From Cyclobacteriaceae bacterium (GTDB lineage Bacteria > Bacteroidota > Bacteroidia > Cytophagales > Cyclobacteriaceae): DNA of 64,000 nucleotides. The position numbers and the translations under genes are program-made. Below, one piece after another: positions 46,226-56,399 of the stretch. Within the stretch, counting starts at the first letter, position 1. The number at the start of each line of letters is the position of its first letter. Location: positions 1,298-65,297 of the forward strand of contig DASVCT010000262.1 of NCBI GenBank assembly GCA_036381475.1. The letters are read 5' to 3'. The notes below the pieces were generated by a model. That model did not search any database. It worked only from the letters and a program-made list of their open reading frames with translations, and was not told the DNA's origin.

Positions 46226-48583
46226 TCACAGTCTCACCGCTATCCTTCCCAGGACGTTGACGCCGGCCTGAGGGTAGAAATAGGGCACGCCATCGTAGCT
46301 ATACCCGTTGGACGCGTATTCCGCATCAAAGAGATTGTTGACGAGCAGGCTCAACTCGACGCGCCTCATACCCGTTGGTTGGAACTCCCAGGTTATCCTG
46401 AGGTCGTTAACGAAGTACGCGTCGAGGGTTAGGACTTCGTTCTGCGTGTTGTCCAGGTACTGCTTGCTCACATACTTCGACAAAAGGGAGATGCCTACAC
46501 GCCGGTGGGGGTGGAAGGTCAACTGGCTTCCGGCAATCCAGTCGGGCGAAAGAATAATCGCCGTATTGGCCTTCCGTGTGCTGCCGTCGGTATCTTCCCA
46601 TACGTAGTCGATGTTCCGGTTTCTGCTCCATGTCGCATTGACGTTCCAGTCTACCCACTTGGAAAACCGCATACCGGCCGAGACCTCGATGCCTGTGCGG
46701 TAGCTCTTGCCGACGTTGGCCCGAATGGGATTACCGACGTTGTCGAGTGCGCCGGTGAGAACCAACTGATCCCGGTATCGCATAAGGTAGTAGTTGATAG
46801 CAAAGTCATATGAAGACGCTGACTTGCGGAAGCCGGCTTCCAGGTTACCCATGTGTTCCGGTCGTGGCTGTACATCGTTTTCCAGGTAGTCGTTGCGTGC
46901 AGGCTCCCGGTGCGCGATGGCATAGGAAGCGTACACCACGCCGCCGTCGTTGAGGGTGTAGCTGAGTCCGGCCTTCGGATTGAAGAAGTTGTGTTCGTCG
47001 GAAATGTCGTACATCGTCTGGTCATCGTCCGTGCCGGCTGTTGTATAAGCCACCCGCCGCCATTGAATGTCTGCAAAACCATTAAGGCGGTCGGTGAACC
47101 GGTATTGGACCTTTGCGTAAAGGTTGACGTCGGACTTATCGGACTCACCCTCGTAAAACCGCTGACCCGGTACCTGGTCGGGTACGTACTCTCCCCATGT
47201 GATTTCTCCGAAGTGATACGCGGGTTTGAACCGGTGATACCCTCCACCGAACGTAAAGTCGGCGTTGGCGCCTTCGTGCTGCAGTGAAAATGTTGCACCG
47301 TAGAAGTGATTCTTAAGCCATTTTCGTGTAACGAAATCGCCGGCTTCGATAAGGCTGTCGCCAATAACAACATTGGGAAGGCCCAGTGATGCAAATGATT
47401 CATCCTGGTTGTATTCTTCGTAGTATCCGCGTCCAAAGGTGTAGTGCACGGCCGCGGATAGCGTCGTCGAAGGTGATAAGGCCTGGGACAGGTGCAGTTG
47501 ACTGTGATCCTGCCGGTAGTTATCGGTTTGATTGTCGTAATACCGGATCACGTTCCCATCGTCGTCGTAGATCGCACCGGCGTAGTTAAAGGTCCGCCGC
47601 TCCTTCATCATCTCGGGGTCGATTCCGTACCACGACTGATACGTCACTTCTCTTCCTCCGAAGAATATGGCGGAAAGCAGGGTGCGATCGGAACGATACC
47701 CGGTGGAAAGGTAGTACGATCCCAAGTCCGAGTAGGCGCGATCGATGTAGCCGTCCGAGGCGATCTTTGAAAGCCTTCCTTCCGCAGACCAGTGTCCGCT
47801 GATGAGTCCTGTCCCCGCAGTAAGTGTGTATCTGCGCGTGTTGAAAGATCCCATCGCCAGCGTAGCTTCCGCGAAAGGCGTATCGCCGCCAAGATTGGTT
47901 TGCAGGTTTACGGTCCCTCCGAACGCGCCGGCTCCATTGGTCGATGTTCCAACACCGCGTTGTATCTGGATGCTTCGCGCTGAGGAGGCGATGTCGGGAA
48001 TGTCCACCCAAAAAGTGCCCAGCGATTCACTGTCATTGTAAGGAATGCCGTTGATGGTAACGTTGATGCGCGTGGCATCGCTTCCCCGGATGCGCAGCCC
48101 AGTGTATCCGATTCCTGTGCCAGCGTCAGAGGTCGTCACCAAAGACGGCGTCCAGTTGAGCAGGTAGGGAAGATCCTGACCGAAGTCCTGCCCGCGGATC
48201 GTAGCGCGGTCCATGTTCACAAAGGTGGTTGGCGTGAGTGCGTCGGCGCGGGTTGCTTCGACGACGACCTCGTCGGTAAACGTAGGCGCTTCTTTCAGCG
48301 TGACGTCAACGTTGATATCGCGCGAGACATCTACCGGCAAAGAGGCATCGGCGTGCCCCAGATACCGGACAAAAAGCGTGTACTTTCCATGGGGGACATT
48401 TGACACTGCGAAATGTCCGGAGCTGTCGGTCACGGCAGAGCTGTAGCCGGGCAGCAGTTGGACCGTAGCGCCGGCAAGTGGTTGAAGCGTTTCGTGCTGT
48501 CGCACGACGCCGGTGACGTTGAATTGTGCGACGGCAGCAATTGATGACAGTGCGAGGAGCACCGTTTGCGTAAAACGTAGCAT
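46226..48583 (-). CDS. TonB-dependent outer-membrane receptor, probably for thiamine or a thiamine precursor
   Basis: Signal peptide, CarboxypepD_reg ('VTGVVRQHETLQPLAGATVQLLPG'), plug ('DEVVVEATRA', 'RIRGS') and a long beta-barrel. A TPP riboswitch lies in the 5' leader. Confidence 0.85.
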   Translation of the reverse strand: MLRFTQTVLLALSSIAAVAQFNVTGVVRQHETLQPLAGATVQLLPGYSSAVTDSSGHFAVSNVPHGKYTLFVRYLGHADASLPVDVSRDINVDVTLKEAPTFTDEVVVEATRADALTPTTFVNMDRATIRGQDFGQDLPYLLNWTPSLVTTSDAGTGIGYTGLRIRGSDATRINVTINGIPYNDSESLGTFWVDIPDIASSARSIQIQRGVGTSTNGAGAFGGTVNLQTNLGGDTPFAEATLAMGSFNTRRYTLTAGTGLISGHWSAEGRLSKIASDGYIDRAYSDLGSYYLSTGYRSDRTLLSAIFFGGREVTYQSWYGIDPEMMKERRTFNYAGAIYDDDGNVIRYYDNQTDNYRQDHSQLHLSQALSPSTTLSAAVHYTFGRGYYEEYNQDESFASLGLPNVVIGDSLIEAGDFVTRKWLKNHFYGATFSLQHEGANADFTFGGGYHRFKPAYHFGEITWGEYVPDQVPGQRFYEGESDKSDVNLYAKVQYRFTDRLNGFADIQWRRVAYTTAGTDDDQTMYDISDEHNFFNPKAGLSYTLNDGGVVYASYAIAHREPARNDYLENDVQPRPEHMGNLEAGFRKSASSYDFAINYYLMRYRDQLVLTGALDNVGNPIRANVGKSYRTGIEVSAGMRFSKWVDWNVNATWSRNRNIDYVWEDTDGSTRKANTAIILSPDWIAGSQLTFHPHRRVGISLLSKYVSKQYLDNTQNEVLTLDAYFVNDLRITWEFQPTGMRRVELSLLVNNLFDAEYASNGYSYDGVPYFYPQAGVNVLGRIAVRL

Positions 48584-48659
48584 GTGGTAACTGTTTGGTG
48601 TAAACTGGCAGACTTACAGGGGAATATGTCTGCCTGTGTTTAACCGTCCTGCACGATTG

Positions 48660-48745
48660 CAGGCTTGCCTTCCCTTCGGCCGCATTACCGGCATCAGGTA
48701 GTATGGGTATGATCTCAGCCCGTTATGTTAAGGCACCCCTTAGTT
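48660..48745 (-). promoter_or_regulatory. TPP (THI-box) riboswitch aptamer
   Basis: The minus strand reads aaGGGGUGCCuuaacauaacgGGCUGAGAucauACCCauacuACCUGAUgCCGGUAAUGCGGCcGAAGGGAAGg. All conserved THI-box blocks (GGGGUGC, CUGAGA, ACCC, ACCUGAU, GGUAAUGC, AGGGAA) are present in the right order. Confidence 0.85.
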
Positions 48746-48778
48746 AACTGGTCGTGTGTTGTGTGCGTGTGACGGCCA

Positions 48779-48786
48779 CAAAGTTA
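48779..48786 (-). promoter_or_regulatory. candidate -7 promoter box (TAACTTTG) driving the riboswitch-TBDR transcript
   Basis: Matches TAnnTTTG on the minus strand, about 35 nt upstream of the aptamer. Confidence 0.4.
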
Positions 48787-48930
48787 ACAAAGATGCCTTA
48801 ATAAAAAATCCCGACCGGTTGGTCAAAGGCGGTAGTGGTTGGTTCAACCTGAATTTTTTGAGGAAAAGAAAATTTTTTACGCTGGCTTCTGTCTGAAAAA
48901 TCCGAATATTAATGAGAAATGCAATCCACA

Positions 48931-49425
48931 ATGTTTGAAGTAACGGTCGGAACGGAGAGGTTCCGCATGCAGCTTACGGAAGAAGGGCTTTATGTCGACG
49001 ATGCGTTGCTCTCCCTGGATGTGGCGCGGATAGACGAAAACACGTATTCGCTGATATACCAGGGAAAAAGTTTCACAGGTGAGATCATCAAGGCTGATGC
49101 GCGCCGGCGCATGATTGTTATCCGCATCAACGGACGGCCTTATGAAGTGAGCGTCAAGGATCGGTTCGACCTTCTCCTTGAAAAGTTGGGGATCGGCGCG
49201 AACGATGCGAGTCGGCTCAACGCTGTGCGGGCTCCGATGCCGGGACTCATCGTCGACATGAAGGTGAAGGAAGGCGATACGGTGGCGCCCCGCGATCCGT
49301 TGCTCGTACTGGAGGCAATGAAAATGGAAAATGTACTGAGAGCACCCGGGCCGGGCGTCGTGAAGTCGATACACGTAACAAAAGGAGACCGCGTGGAAAA
49401 GAACCAGATCCTGGTGGAATTCTGA
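48931..49425 (+). CDS. biotin carboxyl carrier-type protein (biotinyl domain)
   Basis: C-terminal biotinyl domain with 'LEAMKMEN'. ATG at 48931 or 48919. Confidence 0.8.
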   Translation: MFEVTVGTERFRMQLTEEGLYVDDALLSLDVARIDENTYSLIYQGKSFTGEIIKADARRRMIVIRINGRPYEVSVKDRFDLLLEKLGIGANDASRLNAVRAPMPGLIVDMKVKEGDTVAPRDPLLVLEAMKMENVLRAPGPGVVKSIHVTKGDRVEKNQILVEF

Positions 49426-49504
49426 CCCTAGCTGAAGCGTCCGGTATCCTGATATTTTTCTGTGACCTTCCGCAAAAATTCGCTTCAATCCCGGATAGAG
49501 ATTC

Positions 49505-49512
49505 TATATTTG
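49505..49512 (+). promoter_or_regulatory. candidate -7 promoter box (TATATTTG) for pyrH-frr
   Basis: Matches TAnnTTTG, 27 nt upstream of the pyrH ATG. Confidence 0.4.
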
Positions 49513-49538
49513 CCGTGATTTGTTGACGACCAGGCTAC

Positions 49539-50246
49539 ATGAAATACAAGCGAATTCTGTTGAAACTCAGCGGTGAAGCATTACAGGGTCCTAACAAGAG
49601 TACTAATATCGACCCTGGTGTGCTGGAGCAGTACTGTGAAGAGATAAAGGCTGTACGGGAGAAGGGAGTGGAAGTGGCCATCGTTATCGGAGGCGGCAAT
49701 ATCTTTCGCGGAGGCCAGGCAGAGCAGCTGGGAATCGACAGGGTTCAGGGCGATTACATGGGCATGCTCGCGACGGTCATCAACGGCATGGCATTGCAGA
49801 GCGCGTTGGAACGACACGGTCTGTATACGCGCCTGATGGCGGGAATAAAGATGGAGCAGGTATGCGAGCCCTTCATCCGCCGACGCGCCATCCGTCACCT
49901 TGAAAAAGGCAGGATCGTCATCTTCGGCGCGGGCATAGGCAACCCGTATTTCACTACCGATTCCACTGCAAGCCTTCGCGCCATCGAGGTCCAGGCACAG
50001 GTTGTCCTTAAGGGAACGCGCGTTGACGGAGTTTACTCCCGCGACCCGGAGAAGTACCCCGATGCCGAACGCTTTACCAGGCTCACGTTCCAGGAGGCGT
50101 ACGAAAAAAATCTCAACATTATGGACATGACGGCGTTCACGCTGTGCATGGAGAATAACCTGCCGATCATCGTGTTCGACATGAACAAGAAGGGGAACCT
50201 TTTGAAAGTAGTTGCCGGTGAACCCGCAGGCACGCTCATCAGTTAA
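49539..50246 (+). CDS. pyrH: UMP kinase
   Basis: '[12 protein letters not shown]', '[11 protein letters not shown]'. Confidence 0.95.
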   Translation: MKYKRILLKLSGEALQGPNKSTNIDPGVLEQYCEEIKAVREKGVEVAIVIGGGNIFRGGQAEQLGIDRVQGDYMGMLATVINGMALQSALERHGLYTRLMAGIKMEQVCEPFIRRRAIRHLEKGRIVIFGAGIGNPYFTTDSTASLRAIEVQAQVVLKGTRVDGVYSRDPEKYPDAERFTRLTFQEAYEKNLNIMDMTAFTLCMENNLPIIVFDMNKKGNLLKVVAGEPAGTLIS

Positions 50247-50314
50247 CGGCCCGCCGCGTATTCGTAAATTTGTGTCTATCCGCTATATTTATATTCACTA
50301 TAAAAATATATGTG

Positions 50315-50869
50315 ATGGAAGAAATTCAACTTTACCTTGACGAAGCCAGGGAGCAAATGCAGAAGGCTTATGTCCATGTCGGTAACGAGTTGGTAAAGAT
50401 TCGTGCGGGCAAGGCGAACCCGTCAATGCTCGACGGAGTTCAGGTGTCATACTACGGAACGATGTCGCCGATCAACCAGGTCGCTTCCATAACTACGCCT
50501 GATGCACGGACAATTTTCATCAAGCCCTGGGAAAAAGGCTTGATCCATGAGATAGAAAAGGCAATCATAAACGCCAACCTTGGCGTTACTCCGCAAAACG
50601 ACGGGCAGCAAGTAATCCTGAACGTACCCCAGCTTACCGAAGAACGGCGTAAGCAGCTGGTAAAACAGGTCGGGCAGGAAGTTGAACACGGAAAGGTCAG
50701 CATTCGCACTATCCGGAAGGAGACCAACGAACAGCTTAAGAAGATCAAGGGCGTTTCGGAAGACGACATCAAGAACGGTGAAGAGGAGGTTCAGAAGCTG
50801 ACGAACGAATTCATCCAGAAGATGGACGCCCTGATGAAGAAAAAGGAAAGTGAGATCATGACCGTTTAG
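50315..50869 (+). CDS. frr: ribosome recycling factor
   Basis: 'LVKIRAGKANPSMLDGVQVSYYG' and 'PQLTEERRKQLVK'. ATG at 50315. Confidence 0.95.
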   Translation: MEEIQLYLDEAREQMQKAYVHVGNELVKIRAGKANPSMLDGVQVSYYGTMSPINQVASITTPDARTIFIKPWEKGLIHEIEKAIINANLGVTPQNDGQQVILNVPQLTEERRKQLVKQVGQEVEHGKVSIRTIRKETNEQLKKIKGVSEDDIKNGEEEVQKLTNEFIQKMDALMKKKESEIMTV

Positions 50870-50915
50870 CGGTCACCAGCACGATTACATTGCCGGGCGA
50901 ACGTCTCGCTCAGGC

Positions 50916-51404
50916 TCAGGACGATATATACTCGTCCAGTTTTCCCTTGTCCCGCGCTTTGATGGCTCGTTTGAGTTCACGCGTCGAGGGAACCTTGTTG
51001 CCCGGATCTTCACAATATTTCAGCAGCATTTCGAAGGCGTTTCGTTCCACCTCCCTCCCATCCGGATGTGTTGTGCTTTCGAGAACGTACTTGGTCATTG
51101 CTGCCATATAAATGCCGAGTACGGCCTCGTTGTCGCTCATCAGCCTGCCAATGGCCTTTCCGAGAATGAATGTATGATCCGGCGTGCCGGCCATCCACTG
51201 TGAAAGTACGGCCAGCGCAGTCTTTCGTGCCGGATTGGTAGGCTCGGCTGCCACATTCAGGATAAAGTTCGCGCATTCGAGCACGGTGGACTCGTTGGCT
51301 TTGTAATCAGAAGCTGAAGCGAATGAAACTGACTGCCACTTTTCCGGATCTTGTGCCCAGGCCACATTCAGGGTGACCAGGCAGAGAAGAGCAAGAATTT
51401 TCAT
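50916..51404 (-). CDS. hypothetical secreted protein
   Basis: The ATG at 51404 gives a signal peptide 'MKILALLCLVTLNVAWAQ'. Helical, with no recognised motif. Confidence 0.6.
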   Translation of the reverse strand: MKILALLCLVTLNVAWAQDPEKWQSVSFASASDYKANESTVLECANFILNVAAEPTNPARKTALAVLSQWMAGTPDHTFILGKAIGRLMSDNEAVLGIYMAAMTKYVLESTTHPDGREVERNAFEMLLKYCEDPGNKVPSTRELKRAIKARDKGKLDEYISS

Positions 51405-51512
51405 CAGACGAGTTTTGACATTGAAGGTAATGATTAATATGCTCAGAGAAAAGGAACTGTCAGTCATCACAAAGAAAATCGGGAACGTACGTTTAAGGAG
51501 TCCAGTTATTGA

Positions 51513-51520
51513 TAAATTTG
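51513..51520 (+). promoter_or_regulatory. candidate -7 promoter box (TAAATTTG) for ppc
   Basis: Matches TAnnTTTG, 18 nt upstream of the ATG at 51538. Confidence 0.4.
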
Positions 51521-51537
51521 CCGGGAGGTTCTAACGC

Positions 51538-54108
51538 ATGCACACGAACTACCATAAGGCAGTTACAACGCGCTACTACATCTACAACAGCCTGTTCCTG
51601 AATTTGCCTTACAGCAACATTTACAGAACGGGTACGCTACTTCCCTTGTTGTACCAATATTGCGAGGACGGTTACGCGTCAGGGAAGGATCCCCGGTTTA
51701 TTATCCGCAGGTTCTTTCGCGAGCTCGTCCCCAAGGCCACACGAAAGGAACAGTTCGACCTTCTTTTCAACTTTATTCAGTACTCCGAGCGGCAGGTGGT
51801 GTTGTTCGACTCGGTTGAAGATGCCGCGTTTGCTGAACTCAATGACATGAAGGGAAGCGGTACGCTATCGGCCATCCTCATCCGTGCGCAGTCGGAAAAC
51901 GTGATGGACCAACTGCGCCGCAAACTCGAGAACTTTAGCATGCGCATCGTGTTGACGGCCCACCCCACTCAGTTCTATCCTGGAAGTGTGTTGGCCATCA
52001 TCAACGATCTCGATCAGTCGATTCGCTCCAATCATCTGGAACACATCAACCTCCTTCTGAAGCAACTCGGCAAGACTCCTTTCTTTAACCGAGAAAAGCC
52101 GTCACCTTTTGATGAAGCGGTGAGCCTGAGTTGGTTTCTCCAGAACGTTTTTTATAAGGTCATTCCCGTCGTCATCGAAAAGGTGACGCAGGGATTGAAC
52201 ATCCCGCTGTCGGAGTGGAAAAATTTCGACCTCATCCGCATTGGCTTCTGGCCCGGTGGCGATCGCGATGGCAATCCCTACGTGACGCATGACATCACGC
52301 TGCGGGTAGCACAGCACCTCCGTGAAGGCATCTTGAAATGCTACCATCGCGACCTGCGCATACTCCGGCGAAGGCTGACATTTAAAGAGGTGGATACCAT
52401 CATCATTGAAGCGGAACGACGGGTATACAGCGCCGCGTACAGATTGGGGCTTGGCGACTCCTATCAATCGGCAGCAGAACTCATTGAAGACCTCGAAAGA
52501 GCACGACGCCTTCTCATCGAGCAGCACGACGGATTGTTCCTCGACCTGCTCGACAGTTTCATCGCCAAGGTGAAAATATTCGGCTTCCATTTTGCCAGCA
52601 TGGACATCCGGCAGGACAGCCGCAAGCACACCTACGTCTGGAATGCGATTCTCAAACAACTTGAGGATAAGCAAAAGCGTGTCCGGGAAATGGCGAAACT
52701 CAGCGAAGCAGAACAGATCGATTTGTTGCTCAAACTGCGTTTCAAGCCATCGTCCCTGAAATTCGACGATCCGTTCATTACCGAAGTGCTGGAGAGTTTT
52801 GAGGCGATTGCCGAGATCCAGGAGCAGAACGGAGAGGTCGGCTGCAACCGGTACGTTATCAGCAACTGCCAGTCTGCACTCGATGTCATCCGTGTATTTC
52901 AATTGGCCCAGCTAACCCTGTTAAGGGACGAGAGACTGCCCCTGGATATCATCCCGCTTTTCGAAACGATCGAGGACCTCATGAATGCGCCCGAGGTGAT
53001 GAAAGCCCTCTATAACGTCCCTGCCTACAGGGACCATGTCAAACGACGGGGCAATAAGCAAACCATCATGCTTGGATTCTCCGATGGCACAAAAGACGGC
53101 GGCTATCTCCGGGCAAACTTTTCAATTTTCCGCGCCAAGGAAGAGCTCACGCGCATCTCCCGGGAAAATGGAATCACCGCTGTCTTCTTTGACGGGCGCG
53201 GTGGGCCGCCCGCGCGGGGTGGGGGAAACACGCACGACTTTTACGCGTCGCTTGGTGATACTATAGAAGACAAAGAAGTACAAGTTACGGTTCAGGGGCA
53301 GACGATCAGTTCGAACTTCGGCAAGATCGAATCATGTCAGTTCAACCTGGAACAGCTGCTGTCTGCCGGGATAGAAAACGAGGTGTTTCTCAGGCACGCC
53401 AACAACCTGACGGAAAAGGACCGGGCACTGCTCGAGATGCTGGCCCAGGAGGGTCACAAGGCGTACCTGGATTTGAAACAGCACGAGAAGTTCGTCCCGT
53501 ATCTGGAGAAGGTCACTCCGCTGGCGTTTTTCGGTGACACCAATATCGGTTCGCGACCCGTGAAAAGGAGTCAGAACGAAGAGTCACGGTTTGAGGACTT
53601 GCGCGCAATCCCGTTCGTCGGGTCGTGGGCTCAAATGAAACAAAACATCCCGGGCTTTTATGGTGTCGGCACGGCGCTTCATCAACTGAAAAAGAAGGGT
53701 AAGTTGCGCGAGTTGAAGGCGCTGTTCAAGCGCTCGCTTTTCTTTCGCACCTTGCTTAGCAACAGCATGATGTCGCTGACGAAGTCTTATTTCCCCGCTA
53801 CGGTATATCTTTCGCGCGACAAGGAGTTCGGAGGCATCTGGAAGAAGATGTTTAACGAATACAATCTTTCCATTAAGATGTTGCTTGAAGTGACGGGATT
53901 CGACGAAATGATGGAGAACAACCCCCTGAATCGGGACTCGGTCAAGCTACGCGAACGGATCGTGCTTCCGCTCATCACCATTCAGCAGTATGCGCTTCAG
54001 CAACTGCGTTCAGGTGAGCCGTCGGAAAAGCAGTATGAAAAGACGTATCGCAAACTCGTGGTGCGGTGTATGTTCGGTATTATCAACGCCGCGCGTAACT
54101 CAGCCTGA
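51538..54108 (+). CDS. ppc: phosphoenolpyruvate carboxylase
   Basis: 'VLTAHPTQ', 'GFSDGTKDGGYL', 'FDGRGGPPARGGG'. Confidence 0.9.
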   Translation: MHTNYHKAVTTRYYIYNSLFLNLPYSNIYRTGTLLPLLYQYCEDGYASGKDPRFIIRRFFRELVPKATRKEQFDLLFNFIQYSERQVVLFDSVEDAAFAELNDMKGSGTLSAILIRAQSENVMDQLRRKLENFSMRIVLTAHPTQFYPGSVLAIINDLDQSIRSNHLEHINLLLKQLGKTPFFNREKPSPFDEAVSLSWFLQNVFYKVIPVVIEKVTQGLNIPLSEWKNFDLIRIGFWPGGDRDGNPYVTHDITLRVAQHLREGILKCYHRDLRILRRRLTFKEVDTIIIEAERRVYSAAYRLGLGDSYQSAAELIEDLERARRLLIEQHDGLFLDLLDSFIAKVKIFGFHFASMDIRQDSRKHTYVWNAILKQLEDKQKRVREMAKLSEAEQIDLLLKLRFKPSSLKFDDPFITEVLESFEAIAEIQEQNGEVGCNRYVISNCQSALDVIRVFQLAQLTLLRDERLPLDIIPLFETIEDLMNAPEVMKALYNVPAYRDHVKRRGNKQTIMLGFSDGTKDGGYLRANFSIFRAKEELTRISRENGITAVFFDGRGGPPARGGGNTHDFYASLGDTIEDKEVQVTVQGQTISSNFGKIESCQFNLEQLLSAGIENEVFLRHANNLTEKDRALLEMLAQEGHKAYLDLKQHEKFVPYLEKVTPLAFFGDTNIGSRPVKRSQNEESRFEDLRAIPFVGSWAQMKQNIPGFYGVGTALHQLKKKGKLRELKALFKRSLFFRTLLSNSMMSLTKSYFPATVYLSRDKEFGGIWKKMFNEYNLSIKMLLEVTGFDEMMENNPLNRDSVKLRERIVLPLITIQQYALQQLRSGEPSEKQYEKTYRKLVVRCMFGIINAARNSA

Positions 54109-54161
54109 GGCACAAAAGTTGTTGTTTTTTCTTAGCTTGCGTAAAGCAACCCAACGCGAAA

Positions 54162-55130
54162 ATGGAGGAAGTGCTTTACGAAAAAATACCCTCACTCGAT
54201 TTGGCGACTTTTTGCACGGGCACCCCGGCCCAGCGGACTGAATTTGTTTCGCATCTCGGCGAAGCCTACTCCAACATCGGTTTCGTCGCAATCCGAAATC
54301 ACTTCCTCCGTGAAGAAGTACGGAACCGCCTCTATGATGCGATACAGCGGTTCTTCGGGCTGCCCGATTCCGTCAAAAGCAAGTACGAAATTCCTGGACT
54401 TGCCGGACAACGCGGCTACACGTCAAAAGGTAAGGAACATGCAAAGGGAAGGAACACCGGCGACCTGAAAGAATTCTATCACGTCGGTCAGGAGGGGGAT
54501 GATTCCGACTTGCCGATCGACTACCCGGCCAATGTATGGCCGGAGGAAGTGCCTGATTTCAGAAGTGCCGCGCTGGAGGCCTTCAAGGCCCTTGAGCAAA
54601 CCGGCGTGTACATGCTTAAAGCCATCGCATTGTACCTGGGCCTCGACGAGTCGTACTTTGACGACCGGGTCAGGAATGGCAACAGCATCCTGCGGCCGAT
54701 CCACTACTTTCCGATCGACGATCCCGATGCAGTACCGGCTGACGCGGTGCGTGCGGCGGAACACGGCGACATCAACCTGATTACGCTCCTGATGGGTGCC
54801 AGTGCAGAGGGACTCCAGGTGCTCAGGCGTGATGGAAAATGGATCCCGATCACTGCGCTCCCCGACCAACTCGTTGTTAACGTGGGCGACATGCTGGAGC
54901 GACTGACCAATGGGCGGCTGCGCTCGACTATCCATCGGGTGGTTAACCCGCCCCGCGACCGGATGAACACGCCGCGCTACTCGATTCCTTTCTTTATGCA
55001 CCCACGATCAGAAGTGGATTTATCCTGCCTCGCGTGTTGCATTGATGACGACCATCCAAAGCTTTTCGAAGATATTACTGCGGGTGAATTCCTGGATCAG
55101 CGCCTGGCTGAAATCGGCCTGAAACGATAG
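54162..55130 (+). CDS. 2-oxoglutarate/Fe(II)-dependent oxygenase (isopenicillin N synthase family)
   Basis: 'EHGDINLITLL' (HxD), 'RSTIHRVV' (His and RxS). Confidence 0.8.
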   Translation: MEEVLYEKIPSLDLATFCTGTPAQRTEFVSHLGEAYSNIGFVAIRNHFLREEVRNRLYDAIQRFFGLPDSVKSKYEIPGLAGQRGYTSKGKEHAKGRNTGDLKEFYHVGQEGDDSDLPIDYPANVWPEEVPDFRSAALEAFKALEQTGVYMLKAIALYLGLDESYFDDRVRNGNSILRPIHYFPIDDPDAVPADAVRAAEHGDINLITLLMGASAEGLQVLRRDGKWIPITALPDQLVVNVGDMLERLTNGRLRSTIHRVVNPPRDRMNTPRYSIPFFMHPRSEVDLSCLACCIDDDHPKLFEDITAGEFLDQRLAEIGLKR

Positions 55131-55154
55131 TGTCAACCTAAGTAGCCACCGTTC

Positions 55155-56333
55155 TTGCTCGAGCGCAAAGCACATACCCCCTTTCTGAGGGATGTATTCT
55201 TGCTGGCACTTACAACCTTCGGAGGTGCCCAGGCTCACATCGCGCATTTTCACAAAATCCTAGTCGCCCGACGGGGATATCTCACTGAGGAGGAATTGAT
55301 GGAGCTAAACTCCCTGTGCCAGATCCTTCCCGGGCCCACGTCAACACAGACGCTTACTGCCATTGGCTTTCGGCTGGGTGGTCCCAACCTGGCCTACCTT
55401 ACGCTGTTGGTCTGGATGCTCCCTGCCGTCGCGTTTATGACAACGGCCGCGATATTGATGTCGGACATCCAGCAAAAGAGCTGGTCGCTGCAATTCACGC
55501 GCTTCATTCAGCCTATGGCGGTTGGCATCGTAGCCTATGGAGCATACCGCATCAGTTTGCGCACGGTGAAGTCCCGCACCGGCCTTGTCCTTATGATCCT
55601 TGCAGCCGTCTTTTCATACCTGTATCAGACCCCGTTCGTCTTTCCCGCGATATTGCTTTGCGGCGGCCTGGCGACGGCGATGAAGTACAAGAGTCTGCCG
55701 AAAAATCACCATGAAAAGATCGTCATCTCGTGGTCAAACTTTGCGCTATGGGGCGGCGTGTTGATATTGGCTGCTTCGCTCGGTGCGTTGACGGGCTTCC
55801 TTCCTATCCGGATATTCGAAAACTTTTATCGGAACGGAAGTCTGATCTTCGGCGGAGGTCAGGTACTCACGCCCCTGTTGTATACCGAGTTCGTGGAATA
55901 CAAGAGTTATCTGACGTCGAACGAATTTCTTTCGGGATACGCGGTGGCGCAGGCGCTACCAGGCCCGGTATTTTCATTCAGCAGCTACATCGGATCACTG
56001 ACGATGCGCGAGTATGGAACCGCAGGCGAGATCGTGGGTGCGCTCATGGCTGCGTTCGGAATTTTCCTTCCCGGCACGTTCCTCATCTTTTTCGTCATTC
56101 GCTTTTGGGAGGGATTGAAAAGCTACCGCGTGGTGCGCGCCTCGCTGGAGGGCATCACGGCGGCCAGCGCCGGCCTTGTGGCGGCTGCGGCCGTGATCAT
56201 GTTTGAGCCGCTTGAGAACTCGGCAACTAACATAGCGTTTACGGCAGGAACCTTTTTGCTTCTTGCCTTTACACGCATCCCGTCGCCTGTCATTATCGCT
56301 ATCGGACTTACGCTCGGTTTCCTGTTGAAATAG
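55155..56333 (+). CDS. chrA: chromate transporter (two fused CHR domains)
   Basis: 392-aa polytopic protein; 'FGGAQAHIAHF' and a second 'FGGGQVLTPLL' CHR motif. The TTG start is uncertain. Confidence 0.8.
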   Translation: MLERKAHTPFLRDVFLLALTTFGGAQAHIAHFHKILVARRGYLTEEELMELNSLCQILPGPTSTQTLTAIGFRLGGPNLAYLTLLVWMLPAVAFMTTAAILMSDIQQKSWSLQFTRFIQPMAVGIVAYGAYRISLRTVKSRTGLVLMILAAVFSYLYQTPFVFPAILLCGGLATAMKYKSLPKNHHEKIVISWSNFALWGGVLILAASLGALTGFLPIRIFENFYRNGSLIFGGGQVLTPLLYTEFVEYKSYLTSNEFLSGYAVAQALPGPVFSFSSYIGSLTMREYGTAGEIVGALMAAFGIFLPGTFLIFFVIRFWEGLKSYRVVRASLEGITAASAGLVAAAAVIMFEPLENSATNIAFTAGTFLLLAFTRIPSPVIIAIGLTLGFLLK

Positions 56334-56342
56334 CCGGGCAAA

Positions 56343-56374
56343 TAAAAAACCCCGACACCGTCGGGGTTTTTTTT
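56343..56374. terminator. bidirectional rho-independent terminator
   Basis: aaaaaa-ccccgac-acc-gtcgggg-tttttttt: a 7-bp GC stem flanked by A6 and T8, between convergent chrA and tonB. Confidence 0.85.
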
Positions 56375-56399
56375 CATATTATTTCTGTCACTCAAGTCG

